Assembly: GCA_902773135.1 (NCBI GenBank)
Contig: CACYDP010000100.1
Span: forward strand, 49-64,048
DNA length: 64,000 bases
From: an uncultured Ruminococcus sp.
GTDB taxonomy: Bacteria > Bacillota > Clostridia > Oscillospirales > Acutalibacteraceae
Direction: 5' to 3'
A model generated the notes under the pieces. That model saw only the letters and a program-made list of their open reading frames with translations, did not search any database and was not told the origin of the DNA. Position 1 is the stretch's first letter. Every line of letters begins with the position of its first letter. The translations under genes and the position numbers were made by a program. Positions 24,268-34,574 of this stretch are shown one piece after another.

Positions 24268-26910
24268 TTAATCTTTTGATTCTTCTTTTGGTTCCGTATC
24301 GCCAATCTTCACTCTTGACGATGGAGGAGGATTGGTTTCTTCTTTTTTTTCAGATTCTTCGGTTTTAGGTTTATCATTGACTGCTGCCGTTTCAGCTGAC
24401 GGTTTTTCGTCGTCATCCCGGATTTTTTTAATGCCGCTGATATTTTTGCCTTCTTCGCCGGTTTCTTCCAAAGCGACTTCTTCTTCGTAAGAATAGCCGC
24501 TGTCGGGATTCAGGTCATCAATCAGATAAAGACCGTTGTCTTTTTTGCGTTTAGGTGTTTTCCAGAAGAACATATACGCTGCGAATATCACAACGCTGAC
24601 ACCTGTTACGGCAGCACCGAGAGCAAGTCCGGGTGTCTGATAGGTGAATACGATTTTAGATGTTTTGTTGGCAGGAACTTCCACAGCCATAAAGCCTACA
24701 TTTACTTTTTCAATTTCCGCTTCCTTGCCGTTCACAGTAGCGGACCAGCCGCTTTCATAGGGAATGCTGAAAAATACCAGTTCGCCGCTGTTGCCTGTTT
24801 TGATGGTAGTACTGAACTTGCTGTTTTCAAATTTGACAGATGAACAGGTCAGTTGAGCTCTTGCCTTGCAGTCGTTGTAGTACTCACTCTGTGTATAGTT
24901 ATAGTTGTCAAGATTTTCGTCGTGTTTCAGAATATGACGGTATTTCTGAGCCTGTTCTTCGGTGAGAACCATTGATTTGAGCATCAGCAGGCTTCTGTCA
25001 TCTTCGGCACAGTCGTCATATTCTTGTGTAGTGACGTAGCTGTCATAGGTGAAACCATAGGGAATATAATGGAGATTTTTATAGACTTTATAGCCATTTT
25101 CGGTTTTCAGATATTGCCAGCCCGGCATTTTCATAGAACGCATTGAGCTTTGGAAATTTTTGGAATCACCGGCATTATCAAAGAGATATTTGACAGACAG
25201 AAAACTTCTGATCGCATACACTTCCGTTTCCGGACGGGAGCCGACACTTCTTTCAACGCCGACAGTGGGATAATATTCCATTACCGAGCCGGGAACAATA
25301 CTCTGGAATGCCTGAATGGTGGGAGTCTGCCAGAACATACCCATATTGTCCATTTCTTCATAGAAATCGGAGCGAACTCTTTTGATGTCCGAAAGGCTGC
25401 TGCTGAAAACACCTTTGTTGCCAAGGGCATAGTCCTTGATATAATCCTTTTTGTAGTTGGCATTGACAACACCCGTACCGATCAGTACGTTCCCGTAAAG
25501 AACGATGAGTACCGAAAGAACGATGGAAGTGGTATTGATGAAAATCTTTTGTTTCTTTCTGAAATTGAAAACAACCGCCAATGCCGTAATGCTGATCAGA
25601 GCAATGCTGACCCATATCCAGTAGCGGTCGGGATATTTTTCCAGACCATAGGTGGTGTTTTTAACGCCGTCACTTTCTGTTGTAACCGGCATCAAACCGA
25701 TCAGGATGGCTGTAATGGCAGTGATACCGAAAGTGATTTTGATGCCGAATTTGAAATCAGCTTTGTTTTCGTCGAGCGTCACCACTGTTGCGAGCGAAAG
25801 CATCAGGGTAAACATATAGAACCAACGTGCATAATAAGAAGCATTCAGCAGCTGGAAGATGCTGTTGAAAAGCGGCACAAAAGCGATGACAAAGAGCAGC
25901 GGAATCAGCACTCTGAGCCATTGATGCTTTTTGATTTTAAAGAATGAAATGACACCCGCCATACTGAACAGCGGCAGCCATGCGGCAACAGATGCCCATT
26001 TTGCATTGGAGTCGGGGGTAAAGTTAGCGTATGCGGGCATATCCGGAGGGAAGAAGAAGGATTCGAGTATGTGAATATATCGTTGTTCGCTGGAATAAGC
26101 AAGAGCACCCCAGCCGCTCGGAGCGTTATTAACTCGTGAATTCTGCATTACCGCATAGATGGACGGCACAAGGATCACAGCAGCACAGAGGAAGCCGATG
26201 ACAACCTCAAAGGCAAAACGCAGGAATTCTTTCAGGCTCATCTGATAGCTGCCTGTTATCATTCTGATACACCAGTACAGGAAGATGAACACCGCCTGAC
26301 CGGCAAAGAAATAATAATTGACAAAAGCTGCGGCAAAAACGGAAAGTGCCAGAACGCCTTTGCGTTTTTCGTAGATAAATTCGTCCACCGCCGCAAGCAT
26401 AAACGGAAAAGTGATCATTGCCTCGTGAAAATGGTTGAAAAATACATTGTAAATACCGAACCCTGAAAAAGCATATAGCAGAGAACCGATCACGGCATAG
26501 TTCTGATTTTTGACATAGCGTCTCAGGAAGGTATAGGCTGCCAGTGAAGCAAATGCAAATTTCAGCATCAGCAGCGGAGCCATCATATAGGGTACAGCGG
26601 CACTCGGAAACAGCAGGGTCAGCCAGAAAAAAGGGCTGCCAATCATATAGAAGCTGTATGAGCCAATGATGTTTGCACCAAGGTCGGTGGTATAGCTCCA
26701 GCCGATATTGCCGTTTTGCAGAGAATCGTGTATCATCTGATAGAACGGTATCTGCTGAACATTAAAGTCACCGTAAAAGAAAAAGTAACCGTCATTCATG
26801 ATGATCCAGGGAAGAAATATCACAAATGCCAGTCCCAGTCCCCAAAGAAATGCCCTGGAAAAATAATTTTTTCGAACATCAAGAAGTGTTCTTGCTTTTT
26901 GTTTAAACAT
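24268..26910 (-). CDS. YfhO-family polytopic membrane protein (putative glycopolymer glycosyltransferase).
   Basis: The N-terminus ...IMNDGYFFFYGDFNVQQIPFYQM...GWSYTTDLGANIIGSYSFY is typical of YfhO. The protein has many TMs and a K/E-rich tail. An RBS (GGAGGA) precedes the ATG at 26910. Confidence 0.8.
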   Translation of the reverse strand: MFKQKARTLLDVRKNYFSRAFLWGLGLAFVIFLPWIIMNDGYFFFYGDFNVQQIPFYQMIHDSLQNGNIGWSYTTDLGANIIGSYSFYMIGSPFFWLTLLFPSAAVPYMMAPLLMLKFAFASLAAYTFLRRYVKNQNYAVIGSLLYAFSGFGIYNVFFNHFHEAMITFPFMLAAVDEFIYEKRKGVLALSVFAAAFVNYYFFAGQAVFIFLYWCIRMITGSYQMSLKEFLRFAFEVVIGFLCAAVILVPSIYAVMQNSRVNNAPSGWGALAYSSEQRYIHILESFFFPPDMPAYANFTPDSNAKWASVAAWLPLFSMAGVISFFKIKKHQWLRVLIPLLFVIAFVPLFNSIFQLLNASYYARWFYMFTLMLSLATVVTLDENKADFKFGIKITFGITAITAILIGLMPVTTESDGVKNTTYGLEKYPDRYWIWVSIALISITALAVVFNFRKKQKIFINTTSIVLSVLIVLYGNVLIGTGVVNANYKKDYIKDYALGNKGVFSSSLSDIKRVRSDFYEEMDNMGMFWQTPTIQAFQSIVPGSVMEYYPTVGVERSVGSRPETEVYAIRSFLSVKYLFDNAGDSKNFQSSMRSMKMPGWQYLKTENGYKVYKNLHYIPYGFTYDSYVTTQEYDDCAEDDRSLLMLKSMVLTEEQAQKYRHILKHDENLDNYNYTQSEYYNDCKARAQLTCSSVKFENSKFSTTIKTGNSGELVFFSIPYESGWSATVNGKEAEIEKVNVGFMAVEVPANKTSKIVFTYQTPGLALGAAVTGVSVVIFAAYMFFWKTPKRKKDNGLYLIDDLNPDSGYSYEEEVALEETGEEGKNISGIKKIRDDDEKPSAETAAVNDKPKTEESEKKEETNPPPSSRVKIGDTEPKEESKD

Positions 26911-27093
26911 CTTACTATCCTCCGATATAAACATTGATAACTAACCCATTTTATCACACGTAAAATAAAAAATCCATAATATTTTTTAATATTCATAAAT
27001 TAAGGCACATTCCACATAATTATTGAAAAAAAACACAAAATATAGTAAAATAATTCAGAGAGATACATTGAAATTAAAAAAGGAGAAAAATAG

Positions 27094-27690
27094 ATGAGTT
27101 ATCATTTTTTTGCGATTATGTCACGTATGAAATATATCAGCCGATGGTCGCTGATGAACAATACCCGAACCGAAAATATCAGCGAACACAGTCTGACGGT
27201 GGCAATGCTGGCACATTGTCTTGTCGTGATACATAACAAGAAATTCGGCGGGCATCTGAATCCCGAACACGCTGCCGTACTTGCTTTGTTTCACGACTGT
27301 ACCGAGATCATTACCGGAGATCTGCCCACACCGGTCAAATATTCCAGCAAAACACTGCGTAAAGCGTATAAGGATATTGAATACGAAGCTGCCGACATAT
27401 TACTGTCGTCACTTCCTGATTATATGCGTGAGGATTATGAAAAATTACTGATTCCCGATGAACCCGACCCTTATCTTCTCAGACTGGTCAAAGGTGCGGA
27501 TAGGCTTTCGGCACTGATTAAATGTCTGGAAGAACTTCAGATGGGAAACAAAGAATTTTTGAAGGCAAAAGAGGAGATTCTGGTTTCCCTACAAAAAGCG
27601 GACCTTCCCGAAGCAGACCTGTTTATCAGGGACTTTCTGCCGTCTTTTGAGCTTTCGCTTGATGAGCAAAATATAGGACTTCAGTCATAG
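27094..27690 (+). CDS. yfbR: HD-domain 5'-deoxynucleotidase (YfbR-like).
   Basis: It shows RMKYISRWSLMNNTRTENISEHS and LFHDCTEIITGDLPTPVK. Confidence 0.8.
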   Translation: MSYHFFAIMSRMKYISRWSLMNNTRTENISEHSLTVAMLAHCLVVIHNKKFGGHLNPEHAAVLALFHDCTEIITGDLPTPVKYSSKTLRKAYKDIEYEAADILLSSLPDYMREDYEKLLIPDEPDPYLLRLVKGADRLSALIKCLEELQMGNKEFLKAKEEILVSLQKADLPEADLFIRDFLPSFELSLDEQNIGLQS

Positions 27691-27863
27691 TGGTATCTTG
27701 ATAATATTACACAATATTTTTTTCGGCTTATCCGAAAAAATATCCATCACGACGTTTTTTGACAAATTGTTTGCTTATCAAACGATTCTGTAATATAATA
27801 AATTGAATCATATAACAGACCGACGAAGGAACAGAATCGTTTTTGGTAAAAGGAGTTTTTCGT

Positions 27864-29210
27864 ATGTCAGAACATAAAAATGAAAATATCGGAAAAAAGC
27901 CGTTTCATAAGCCGCAAAAAACTTCTGCTTCATCGGATAAGATTGTTTTTTACGAGCACAGCAATACGCAGGATCCCGAACCGGACAGCAAACCGAAAGC
28001 TGCTGCTCCCGGAAAAACTCATCACACTAAACACAGCCGCAGCCGTAAATTCAAACTCAGTAAAAAACGTGTGGTACTGAATGTACTGTGCGTGATTGCA
28101 GCAGTATTAATGATAGTAACGGGTACAGGCTGTATTGCCATATACAGTTTTTTTAACAGAATCAATTTTGAACAGTCACAGGAATCATCTGCCCCGCAAG
28201 TTTCACAGGCAAGCAAGCATACTTCTTTTGACGATGTTTCCGATGATGAACAGGATCCGGACAGTTCCGAACTTCCAAAAGTCAATGCATATAAGGGAAC
28301 CTTGCTGAATGATGATATGATACTGAATATTATGCTTTTCGGAGCAGATACCAGAAAAGGTGCGGAAACAGGTCAGTCTGATACGATGATACTGTTTTCA
28401 ATTGATACACGTCATCAGAAACTGAAAATGCTTTCGTTTATGCGTGACACCTATGTTGAAATTCCCGGTGATTATGAAAATCAGAAACTGAACGCTTCCT
28501 ATACGTTCGGAGGTGCCAGCCTTGCCGTCAGCACAATAGAAACCAATTACGGTATTAAAATAGACAGATATGCGGTCGTGGATTTCAAGAGTTTTAAAAA
28601 GATCATCAATGCTTTGGGCGGTATTGACATTGAGCTGACCGATGAAGAGATTGATTACATCGACTGGCAGCTTTTTCAGAACAATCAGTCCGATACAAGA
28701 TATGAACTGGATGTCAACGATTACGAATTTTACGAGAACAGTAAAGGCGAAACCGTGGCAAAAGTACATCTGAACGGTCAGCAAGCACTGTGGCACGCAA
28801 GAAACAGGGGAGAAGACGGTATATGCAGCGGTGATGATTATACCAGAACCGAACGCCAGAGAGAAGTGGTCAGCATTATGATCAATAATCTCAAAGAAGC
28901 CGATTTCCCGACCGTGCTTTCGGTCATTTATGAAATCGGACCAATGATCACGACGAACCTGAAAACAAGCGAAATTACATCGCTTGCCACTAATATTATG
29001 AATTACCTGAAATATGATATTGTATCAACCTCCGCACCGATTTCCGACAATGCCGGCGTTGATTTTTATTATTCCGACTGGGACAATCCTGTTTTTGTCA
29101 ACGGAGAACTGATCGACTGCATTGTGATTTATGACTGGAATGCTTTCCGGCAAAAAGTCGCTGAATTTGTGTTTGAGGACGAAGTAGATCAGACGACAAC
29201 ATCAGAATAA
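27864..29210 (+). CDS. LCP (LytR-CpsA-Psr) family cell-wall polymer transferase, paralog 1.
   Basis: The sequence FGADTR..GQSDTMILFSIDTRHQKLKMLSFMRDTYVEIPG...KLNASYTFGG...VVDFKSFKKIINALGGIDI matches LCP. A roughly 75-aa basic cytoplasmic N-terminus precedes one TM. Confidence 0.85.
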   Translation: MSEHKNENIGKKPFHKPQKTSASSDKIVFYEHSNTQDPEPDSKPKAAAPGKTHHTKHSRSRKFKLSKKRVVLNVLCVIAAVLMIVTGTGCIAIYSFFNRINFEQSQESSAPQVSQASKHTSFDDVSDDEQDPDSSELPKVNAYKGTLLNDDMILNIMLFGADTRKGAETGQSDTMILFSIDTRHQKLKMLSFMRDTYVEIPGDYENQKLNASYTFGGASLAVSTIETNYGIKIDRYAVVDFKSFKKIINALGGIDIELTDEEIDYIDWQLFQNNQSDTRYELDVNDYEFYENSKGETVAKVHLNGQQALWHARNRGEDGICSGDDYTRTERQREVVSIMINNLKEADFPTVLSVIYEIGPMITTNLKTSEITSLATNIMNYLKYDIVSTSAPISDNAGVDFYYSDWDNPVFVNGELIDCIVIYDWNAFRQKVAEFVFEDEVDQTTTSE

Positions 29211-29266
29211 CAGACAGCGATTTTTCCTCTGCTGCCGATACCATTGCAGAGTCTGAGGTGTGAAAA

Positions 29267-30418
29267 ATGCAGAATGACAACAGCCGTTACCGTCAAAGAC
29301 GTTCTTCGGAATCCTATCAGCCTTTTCCGGATTTTCCCGAACATCCTGATTACGGTGACGATTACAATGAAAATGAAACGGAAAACCGCAGCGACAGACA
29401 ACCGAAAAAGGAAAGACCGCCCCGTAAACGAAAAAAAGGACGTGTTTTGAAGATCCTGCTTTCCATCATTCTGATAGCGGTTCTGCTGTTCGGCGTTTAT
29501 TTTTCGCTGATCATATTCCGAATACACTATACCAATGAAAATCCCGATGAAGAATCCATTGTTGCCGAAGCAGGCGAACTGCAAAGCGACGAGAATGTCC
29601 AGAATGTACTGATTTTCGGTACTGATCATCACGATGATGACGAGTACGGACGTTCTGATTCCATCATACTTCTTTCGATAGACAAACAAAATCACTGTCT
29701 GAAACAAACTTCTTTTCTTCGTGATATTTACCTGACGATTCCCGGTTACGGCGAAGATAAGCTGAATGCCGCTTATTCATACGGAGGACCAAAACTGGCA
29801 GCAGAAACCATCGAATATAATTTCCGTATCAGGATCGATCAGTATGCGATTATTGATTTTGAAAGCTTCACAACGATTATTGATGCACTTGGCGGCATCG
29901 ACCTCCATCTGACTTATGATGAAGTAGATTATATTGATTGGCAGTCACACAAAAACAAACAGACCGATACACGACACGAACTGGATGCCGACAGCTATAC
30001 CTATGAAACTGATGAAGACGGCAATGAAACTGCCTTGGTGCATCTTAACGGACGGCAGTCGCTTTGGTATGCACGTGACCGTGACAGCGAAGGTTCGGAT
30101 TTCGACAGAACCTCAAGACAACGAACGGTCATCAATACAGTGTTTTCTCAACTGAAATCCTCGAATCCCATCACTTTTATGCACGTTCTTTGCAGTGCAG
30201 CACCAATGATCACAACCAATATGTCTGTCGGTGATGTTGTGGCAGCAGCATTTGGCAGCATCGGTTATCTGAACTATGAACGTGAAGAGTACAGAGTACC
30301 CCGGGGCGATAATTTTTCAAACTCGTGGGCAGGCGATGCGGCTGTATTGACAATCGACGATATGGATTATGAAAGAGAAAGTCTGTATGATTTTATCTAT
30401 CATTCAAATGACGAATAA
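29267..30418 (+). CDS. LCP family cell-wall polymer transferase, paralog 2.
   Basis: The sequence FGTDHHDDDEYGRSDSIILLSIDKQNHCLKQTSFLRDIYLTIPG...KLNAAYSYGG...IIDFESFTTIIDALGGIDL matches LCP. A charged cytoplasmic N-terminus precedes one TM. Confidence 0.85.
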   Translation: MQNDNSRYRQRRSSESYQPFPDFPEHPDYGDDYNENETENRSDRQPKKERPPRKRKKGRVLKILLSIILIAVLLFGVYFSLIIFRIHYTNENPDEESIVAEAGELQSDENVQNVLIFGTDHHDDDEYGRSDSIILLSIDKQNHCLKQTSFLRDIYLTIPGYGEDKLNAAYSYGGPKLAAETIEYNFRIRIDQYAIIDFESFTTIIDALGGIDLHLTYDEVDYIDWQSHKNKQTDTRHELDADSYTYETDEDGNETALVHLNGRQSLWYARDRDSEGSDFDRTSRQRTVINTVFSQLKSSNPITFMHVLCSAAPMITTNMSVGDVVAAAFGSIGYLNYEREEYRVPRGDNFSNSWAGDAAVLTIDDMDYERESLYDFIYHSNDE

Positions 30419-30458
30419 TCACTTTGCGGTTTGTTGCCGCAAAGTGATTTGATTTTTT
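30417..30458 (+). terminator. Rho-independent terminator after the LCP pair.
   Basis: Stem AATCACTTTGCGG / CCGCAAAGTGATT followed by a T-rich run. Confidence 0.75.
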
Positions 30459-30588
30459 ACTATAAAGTGATATAATAATAGCAGACGATATGAAAAAGTT
30501 GTACCGTTCTGGGTAAACAGCTCTGGTGGACAACACCCACAATCAATATCGTTTGCTGTCAAATAGATCAAAATGACGGAGGTATATA

Positions 30589-31812
30589 ATGATGCTTCAA
30601 GGAAAAACCGTGGTCGTAGGCGTAACAGGCGGCATAGCGGCTTATAAGTCCGCCCAGCTGGTGAGCGACCTTGTGAAACTTCACTGTGATGTGCATGTTG
30701 TGATGACCGAAAATGCCGTCAACTTTATCAATCCCATTACTTTTGAAACGCTTACCAAAAATAAATGTCTTGTCGACACGTTTGACAGGAATTTCCGGTT
30801 CAATATTGCCCACGTTTCTCTTTCACAGAAAGCGGACGTGTTTATCATTGCACCTGCTTCTGCTAATATGATTGCCAAAGCGGCAGCAGGGATTGCCGAT
30901 GATATGCTTTCTACGATGCTGCTTGCCGCAAAATGTCAAATCATTGTTGCCCCTGCGATGAATCGATATATGTATCTGAATCCCATTGTGCAGGAAAATA
31001 TCCGTAAGCTGAAACAGTATCATTTTACCGTTCTGGAACCGGCTGTCGGCAGACTTGCCTGCGATGATGTCGGTATTGGAAAACTGCCTGATACAGATGT
31101 ATTGATCGAAAGCGTTGCCAATGAAATCGCTCATAAAAAAGATATGAAAGATATGAATATCCTCGTGACAGCGGGTGCTACCTCAGAAGATATTGACCCG
31201 GTACGCTTTATTACCAACCGCTCCACAGGTAAAATGGGCTGCGAAATTGCCCGTGCCGCTGTGCATAGAGGAGCCAACGTTACACTGATCAGCGGAAGTA
31301 TGACCGTGAAACCGCCCGTATTTGCTCAGAATTACAAGGTGCGTTCCGCCGAAGAAATGTTTCAGGCGGTATCGGAACATCTGTCATCTTCTGATGTCCT
31401 CATTATGTCGGCTGCCGTTGCCGACTATACGCCTGCCAGTGTCAGTGCCAATAAAATGAAAAAAAGTGACGGCGATATGTCGATTCAGCTCAAAAGGACA
31501 AAGGATATTCTTGCTTATGCAGGAGAACATAAAAAGGCTCACCAGATCATATGCGGTTTTTCGATGGAAACCGAAAATCTGGAAGAAAATTCCATCAAGA
31601 AACTCAAAAAGAAAAACTGTGACCTGATTGCTGCCAACAGTCTGAATGAAAGCGGTGCAGGATTCGGTACGGATACCAACAGAATCACGCTGATTACCAA
31701 AAGCGGTATCACACGTCTTGAACTGATGAGTAAGTACGATGCGGCTAATGCGGTGTTGGACGCAGTGCTGGCAATATCCGATACGCAAAAAAGCAATAAT
31801 GAAAAAACTTAA
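30589..31812 (+). CDS. coaBC: Bifunctional phosphopantothenoylcysteine decarboxylase / phosphopantothenate-cysteine ligase.
   Basis: The N-terminus [16 protein letters not shown] is the flavoprotein domain, and the C-terminal DFP domain shows [25 protein letters not shown]. Confidence 0.9.
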   Translation: MMLQGKTVVVGVTGGIAAYKSAQLVSDLVKLHCDVHVVMTENAVNFINPITFETLTKNKCLVDTFDRNFRFNIAHVSLSQKADVFIIAPASANMIAKAAAGIADDMLSTMLLAAKCQIIVAPAMNRYMYLNPIVQENIRKLKQYHFTVLEPAVGRLACDDVGIGKLPDTDVLIESVANEIAHKKDMKDMNILVTAGATSEDIDPVRFITNRSTGKMGCEIARAAVHRGANVTLISGSMTVKPPVFAQNYKVRSAEEMFQAVSEHLSSSDVLIMSAAVADYTPASVSANKMKKSDGDMSIQLKRTKDILAYAGEHKKAHQIICGFSMETENLEENSIKKLKKKNCDLIAANSLNESGAGFGTDTNRITLITKSGITRLELMSKYDAANAVLDAVLAISDTQKSNNEKT

Positions 31813-31954
31813 TTTTTTTTAAGTTTAAATTAATAGATTGTTTTAAGAAGATACGAAATTTATTAGCACATTTTACGGTATGATGCGTTATAATAACATC
31901 ATCAAATCAAAACAAACAAAACTTTTATATGACAGTTTAACGGAGGTAACTACA

Positions 31955-33493
31955 ATGAGTGAAAACAAATTTGATACCATGAATCATGAATATGAAAACA
32001 CTAATAATACTAACGAAGCTGCTGTTCAGAATAACAGTTATGAAGATATAAGCTCCTATTCGTCAGACACAACTGCTGCACAGCCAACAGCGGCTGCTCC
32101 CGCTCAGGCTTATGAAAATCCTGTTCAGCAGCCTGCACCGTCATACAGCAATCCCGATTATGAAAAATATACTTCTCAGTATGAAATGAACAGAGTGTAC
32201 TCCCAACAGCATACAGCTGCAAAGAAAAAATCAGGCAAAGGCAAAAAAATCGCCTTGATTGCGGCTTCACTGGCTCTGGCACTCTGTATGGGACTTGGCG
32301 GCGGCATTGTCGGAACAATGATTGCTTCCAATCATAATGTTTCCACCAGCACTTCGGCATCTGCTTCGGGAAGCAAAACAGCGGTTGCTACTACCAAAGG
32401 CGATGACTCGGGCTTGACAATTATTAAATCAGACAACAAAACTTCTTCGGGTTCTTCACTTGAAAGTGTGGTAGCCAACATCAAGGATTCCGTTGTCGAA
32501 ATCACAACAGAAAGTACTTCCTATGACAGCTTTTACGGTCAATATATTTCTCAGGGTGCAGGCAGCGGTGTCATCATTTCGGAAGACGGCTATATTGTTA
32601 CCAATAATCACGTTATAGAAGATGCCAACACCATTACTGTCAAGACAACCGACGGTAAATCCTATAATGCCAAACTCGTAGGCACAGATGCTACATTAGA
32701 TGTTGCATTGATCAAGATCGAGGCTTCGGGACTGACAGTGGCAACTTTCGGCGACTCTGACAAACTGAATGTCGGCGAAACCGCTATTGCCATCGGCAAC
32801 CCTCTGGGACAGCTCGGCGGTACGGTGACAAGCGGCATTATCAGTGCTCTGAACCGTGAGATCCAGATCGACGGCACCACAATGGATCTTCTCCAGACAG
32901 ATGCGGCAATCAACCCCGGTAATTCCGGCGGCGGTCTTTTCGATGCAGACGGCAACCTGATCGGTATTGTTGTGGCAAAATCATCTTCCACTTCTTCGGG
33001 TACTTCTGTTGAGGGTCTGGGCTTTGCGATACCGATCAACAATGTTCAGAGCATTATCGGTGACTTGAAATCCAACGGTCGTGTAACAGGCAGAGCTTCT
33101 CTCAGTGTTACCATTGTTGATGTCAACAGCGATGCGAAAGCTGCTAAATTCAATGTCAGTGAGCAGGGTGTTTACATTTACTCTCTCTCAAGCGGCGGTG
33201 CTGCCGAAAAAGCAGGTCTGAAAGTAGGCGACCTGATCAAAAAACTCGGCGATACCGAAATTTCAAGCACTGCCACATTGAAAACAGCACTTCTGAAATA
33301 TAAAGCCGGCGATAAAGTAGATATTACTGTCAGCCGTGACGGCAGCGAACAGGTGATTTCTGTGACGCTTGATGAAGCCAATTCCGATGAATCGTCCAAC
33401 AGCAACAATTTCAATGCCAACGGTAATTCCGGCAACAACAATTCGGACGGTTACGGCGGATATGAAGATTTCTATAACGATTTCTTCAACTGA
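31955..33493 (+). CDS. htrA: HtrA/DegP-family serine protease with a PDZ domain.
   Basis: The catalytic residues appear in TNNHV, D in DVALIK and GNSGGGLF, with a C-terminal PDZ domain. A long Q/P/S-rich N-terminus precedes a TM. An RBS (GGAGG) precedes the ATG at 31955. Confidence 0.9.
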   Translation: MSENKFDTMNHEYENTNNTNEAAVQNNSYEDISSYSSDTTAAQPTAAAPAQAYENPVQQPAPSYSNPDYEKYTSQYEMNRVYSQQHTAAKKKSGKGKKIALIAASLALALCMGLGGGIVGTMIASNHNVSTSTSASASGSKTAVATTKGDDSGLTIIKSDNKTSSGSSLESVVANIKDSVVEITTESTSYDSFYGQYISQGAGSGVIISEDGYIVTNNHVIEDANTITVKTTDGKSYNAKLVGTDATLDVALIKIEASGLTVATFGDSDKLNVGETAIAIGNPLGQLGGTVTSGIISALNREIQIDGTTMDLLQTDAAINPGNSGGGLFDADGNLIGIVVAKSSSTSSGTSVEGLGFAIPINNVQSIIGDLKSNGRVTGRASLSVTIVDVNSDAKAAKFNVSEQGVYIYSLSSGGAAEKAGLKVGDLIKKLGDTEISSTATLKTALLKYKAGDKVDITVSRDGSEQVISVTLDEANSDESSNSNNFNANGNSGNNNSDGYGGYEDFYNDFFN

Positions 33494-33536
33494 GCCGACA
33501 TTCATACGCTTACATTCTCTTTTTCATAAATACTCC

Positions 33537-33574
33537 AGCAAACAAGCCGCTCCTTTCGGGGCGGCTTGTTTGCT
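33537..33574. terminator. Hairpin between the convergent htrA and lipoprotein genes.
   Basis: A 14-bp stem, AGCAAACAAGCCGC / GCGGCTTGTTTGCT, with only weak T tracts. Confidence 0.5.
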
Positions 33575-33640
33575 GGAAAATGTTAAAATTTTTGTTTTAG
33601 AATCAATCGGAGATGCTTTATTTAAGGGAATATTATAAAA

Positions 33641-34549
33641 TTATGTAACATCATACACATAATCAATTTCTATAATCACACCGTTTTCAACAAGGAAATC
33701 AAGATGTGTGTTTCCGCTGCCTGTGTATGTATAAATATATTCATCTTTTGTAAGATTGTTTGTACCGTATGCTTTTTCAATATCAGCTGTTGTCATACCG
33801 ACAGTAACATTCTTAACTGTTGCTGCGGAAGAATCGGTGATTGCAACATGAAGAATTTTTTCGCCCGATGATTCGGGATATGTTTCTATGCTGAAACCGC
33901 CGTAAAAATAAATCTTATCTTCACCAACGCCAATACAGCTTGGAGCTGATTCTACATTTGATGCATTTCCTATTGCTGAAACCACGGTAGACATAACATC
34001 ATTTGGTTTTATATCATAACCGTTGTAATTAAATATAATATCGTTATTATTAAAACTTCCCATTGTTGTATTTGCTGCACTTTGTACACTCGGTTGTGGT
34101 TCAGGTTGTGGTTCAGGCTGTGGTTCAGGCTGCGGTTCGGGCTGCGGTTCGGGCTGCGGTTCAGGCTGTGGTTCAGGTTGCGGTTCAGGTTGTGGTTCAG
34201 GCTGCTGAATTTGTTCTTGCTGCACTGAACTTTCGGGGGCGGAACTTACCACAGATGACTGCTGTACAGAACTTTCAGAAACAGATGATTCAGCTGCGGA
34301 GCTTTTGTTTTTCTTCGATGACTCCTGAACCGATGATTCACTTTTGCTGCTCTCCTGCTTTGAAACTGCCGAACTTTCACTTTTTGAGCTTTCTTCATTG
34401 CTGCTTTCCTTTTTTGAGGAGTTTTCCGTACTGCTTTCGGCAATGGATATTGTTCCGCTGCTTTCGTCAGCAGATGATTCCCCTTCGCTGCAACCTGAAA
34501 ATACTGATAACATACATACAATTAATGCAATTGCAATAATTTTCTTCAT
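33641..34549 (-). CDS. Lipoprotein with S/E-rich and (PEPQ)n linkers and a small C-terminal beta-rich domain.
   Basis: It has a signal peptide with a lipobox (LSVFSGC). Low-complexity ESS repeats are followed by about 9 PEPQ units. Confidence 0.7.
   Translation of the reverse strand: MKKIIAIALIVCMLSVFSGCSEGESSADESSGTISIAESSTENSSKKESSNEESSKSESSAVSKQESSKSESSVQESSKKNKSSAAESSVSESSVQQSSVVSSAPESSVQQEQIQQPEPQPEPQPEPQPEPQPEPQPEPQPEPQPEPQPEPQPSVQSAANTTMGSFNNNDIIFNYNGYDIKPNDVMSTVVSAIGNASNVESAPSCIGVGEDKIYFYGGFSIETYPESSGEKILHVAITDSSAATVKNVTVGMTTADIEKAYGTNNLTKDEYIYTYTGSGNTHLDFLVENGVIIEIDYVYDVT
34092..34203 (-). repeat. 12-bp in-frame tandem repeat encoding (PEPQ), about 9 copies.
   Basis: ggttcaggctgtggttcaggctgcggttcgggctgc... 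on the + strand translates on the minus strand to QPEPQPEPQ... Confidence 0.9.
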
Positions 34550-34574
34550 TTTACATTCCTCATTTCTTTAATAT

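Noticed and set aside
29189-29707. A 172-aa minus-strand ORF spanning the junction of the two LCP genes.
   Set aside because: It is antisense to the charged N-terminal coding region of LCP paralog 2 and has no RBS or motif. The plus-strand genes are well supported.
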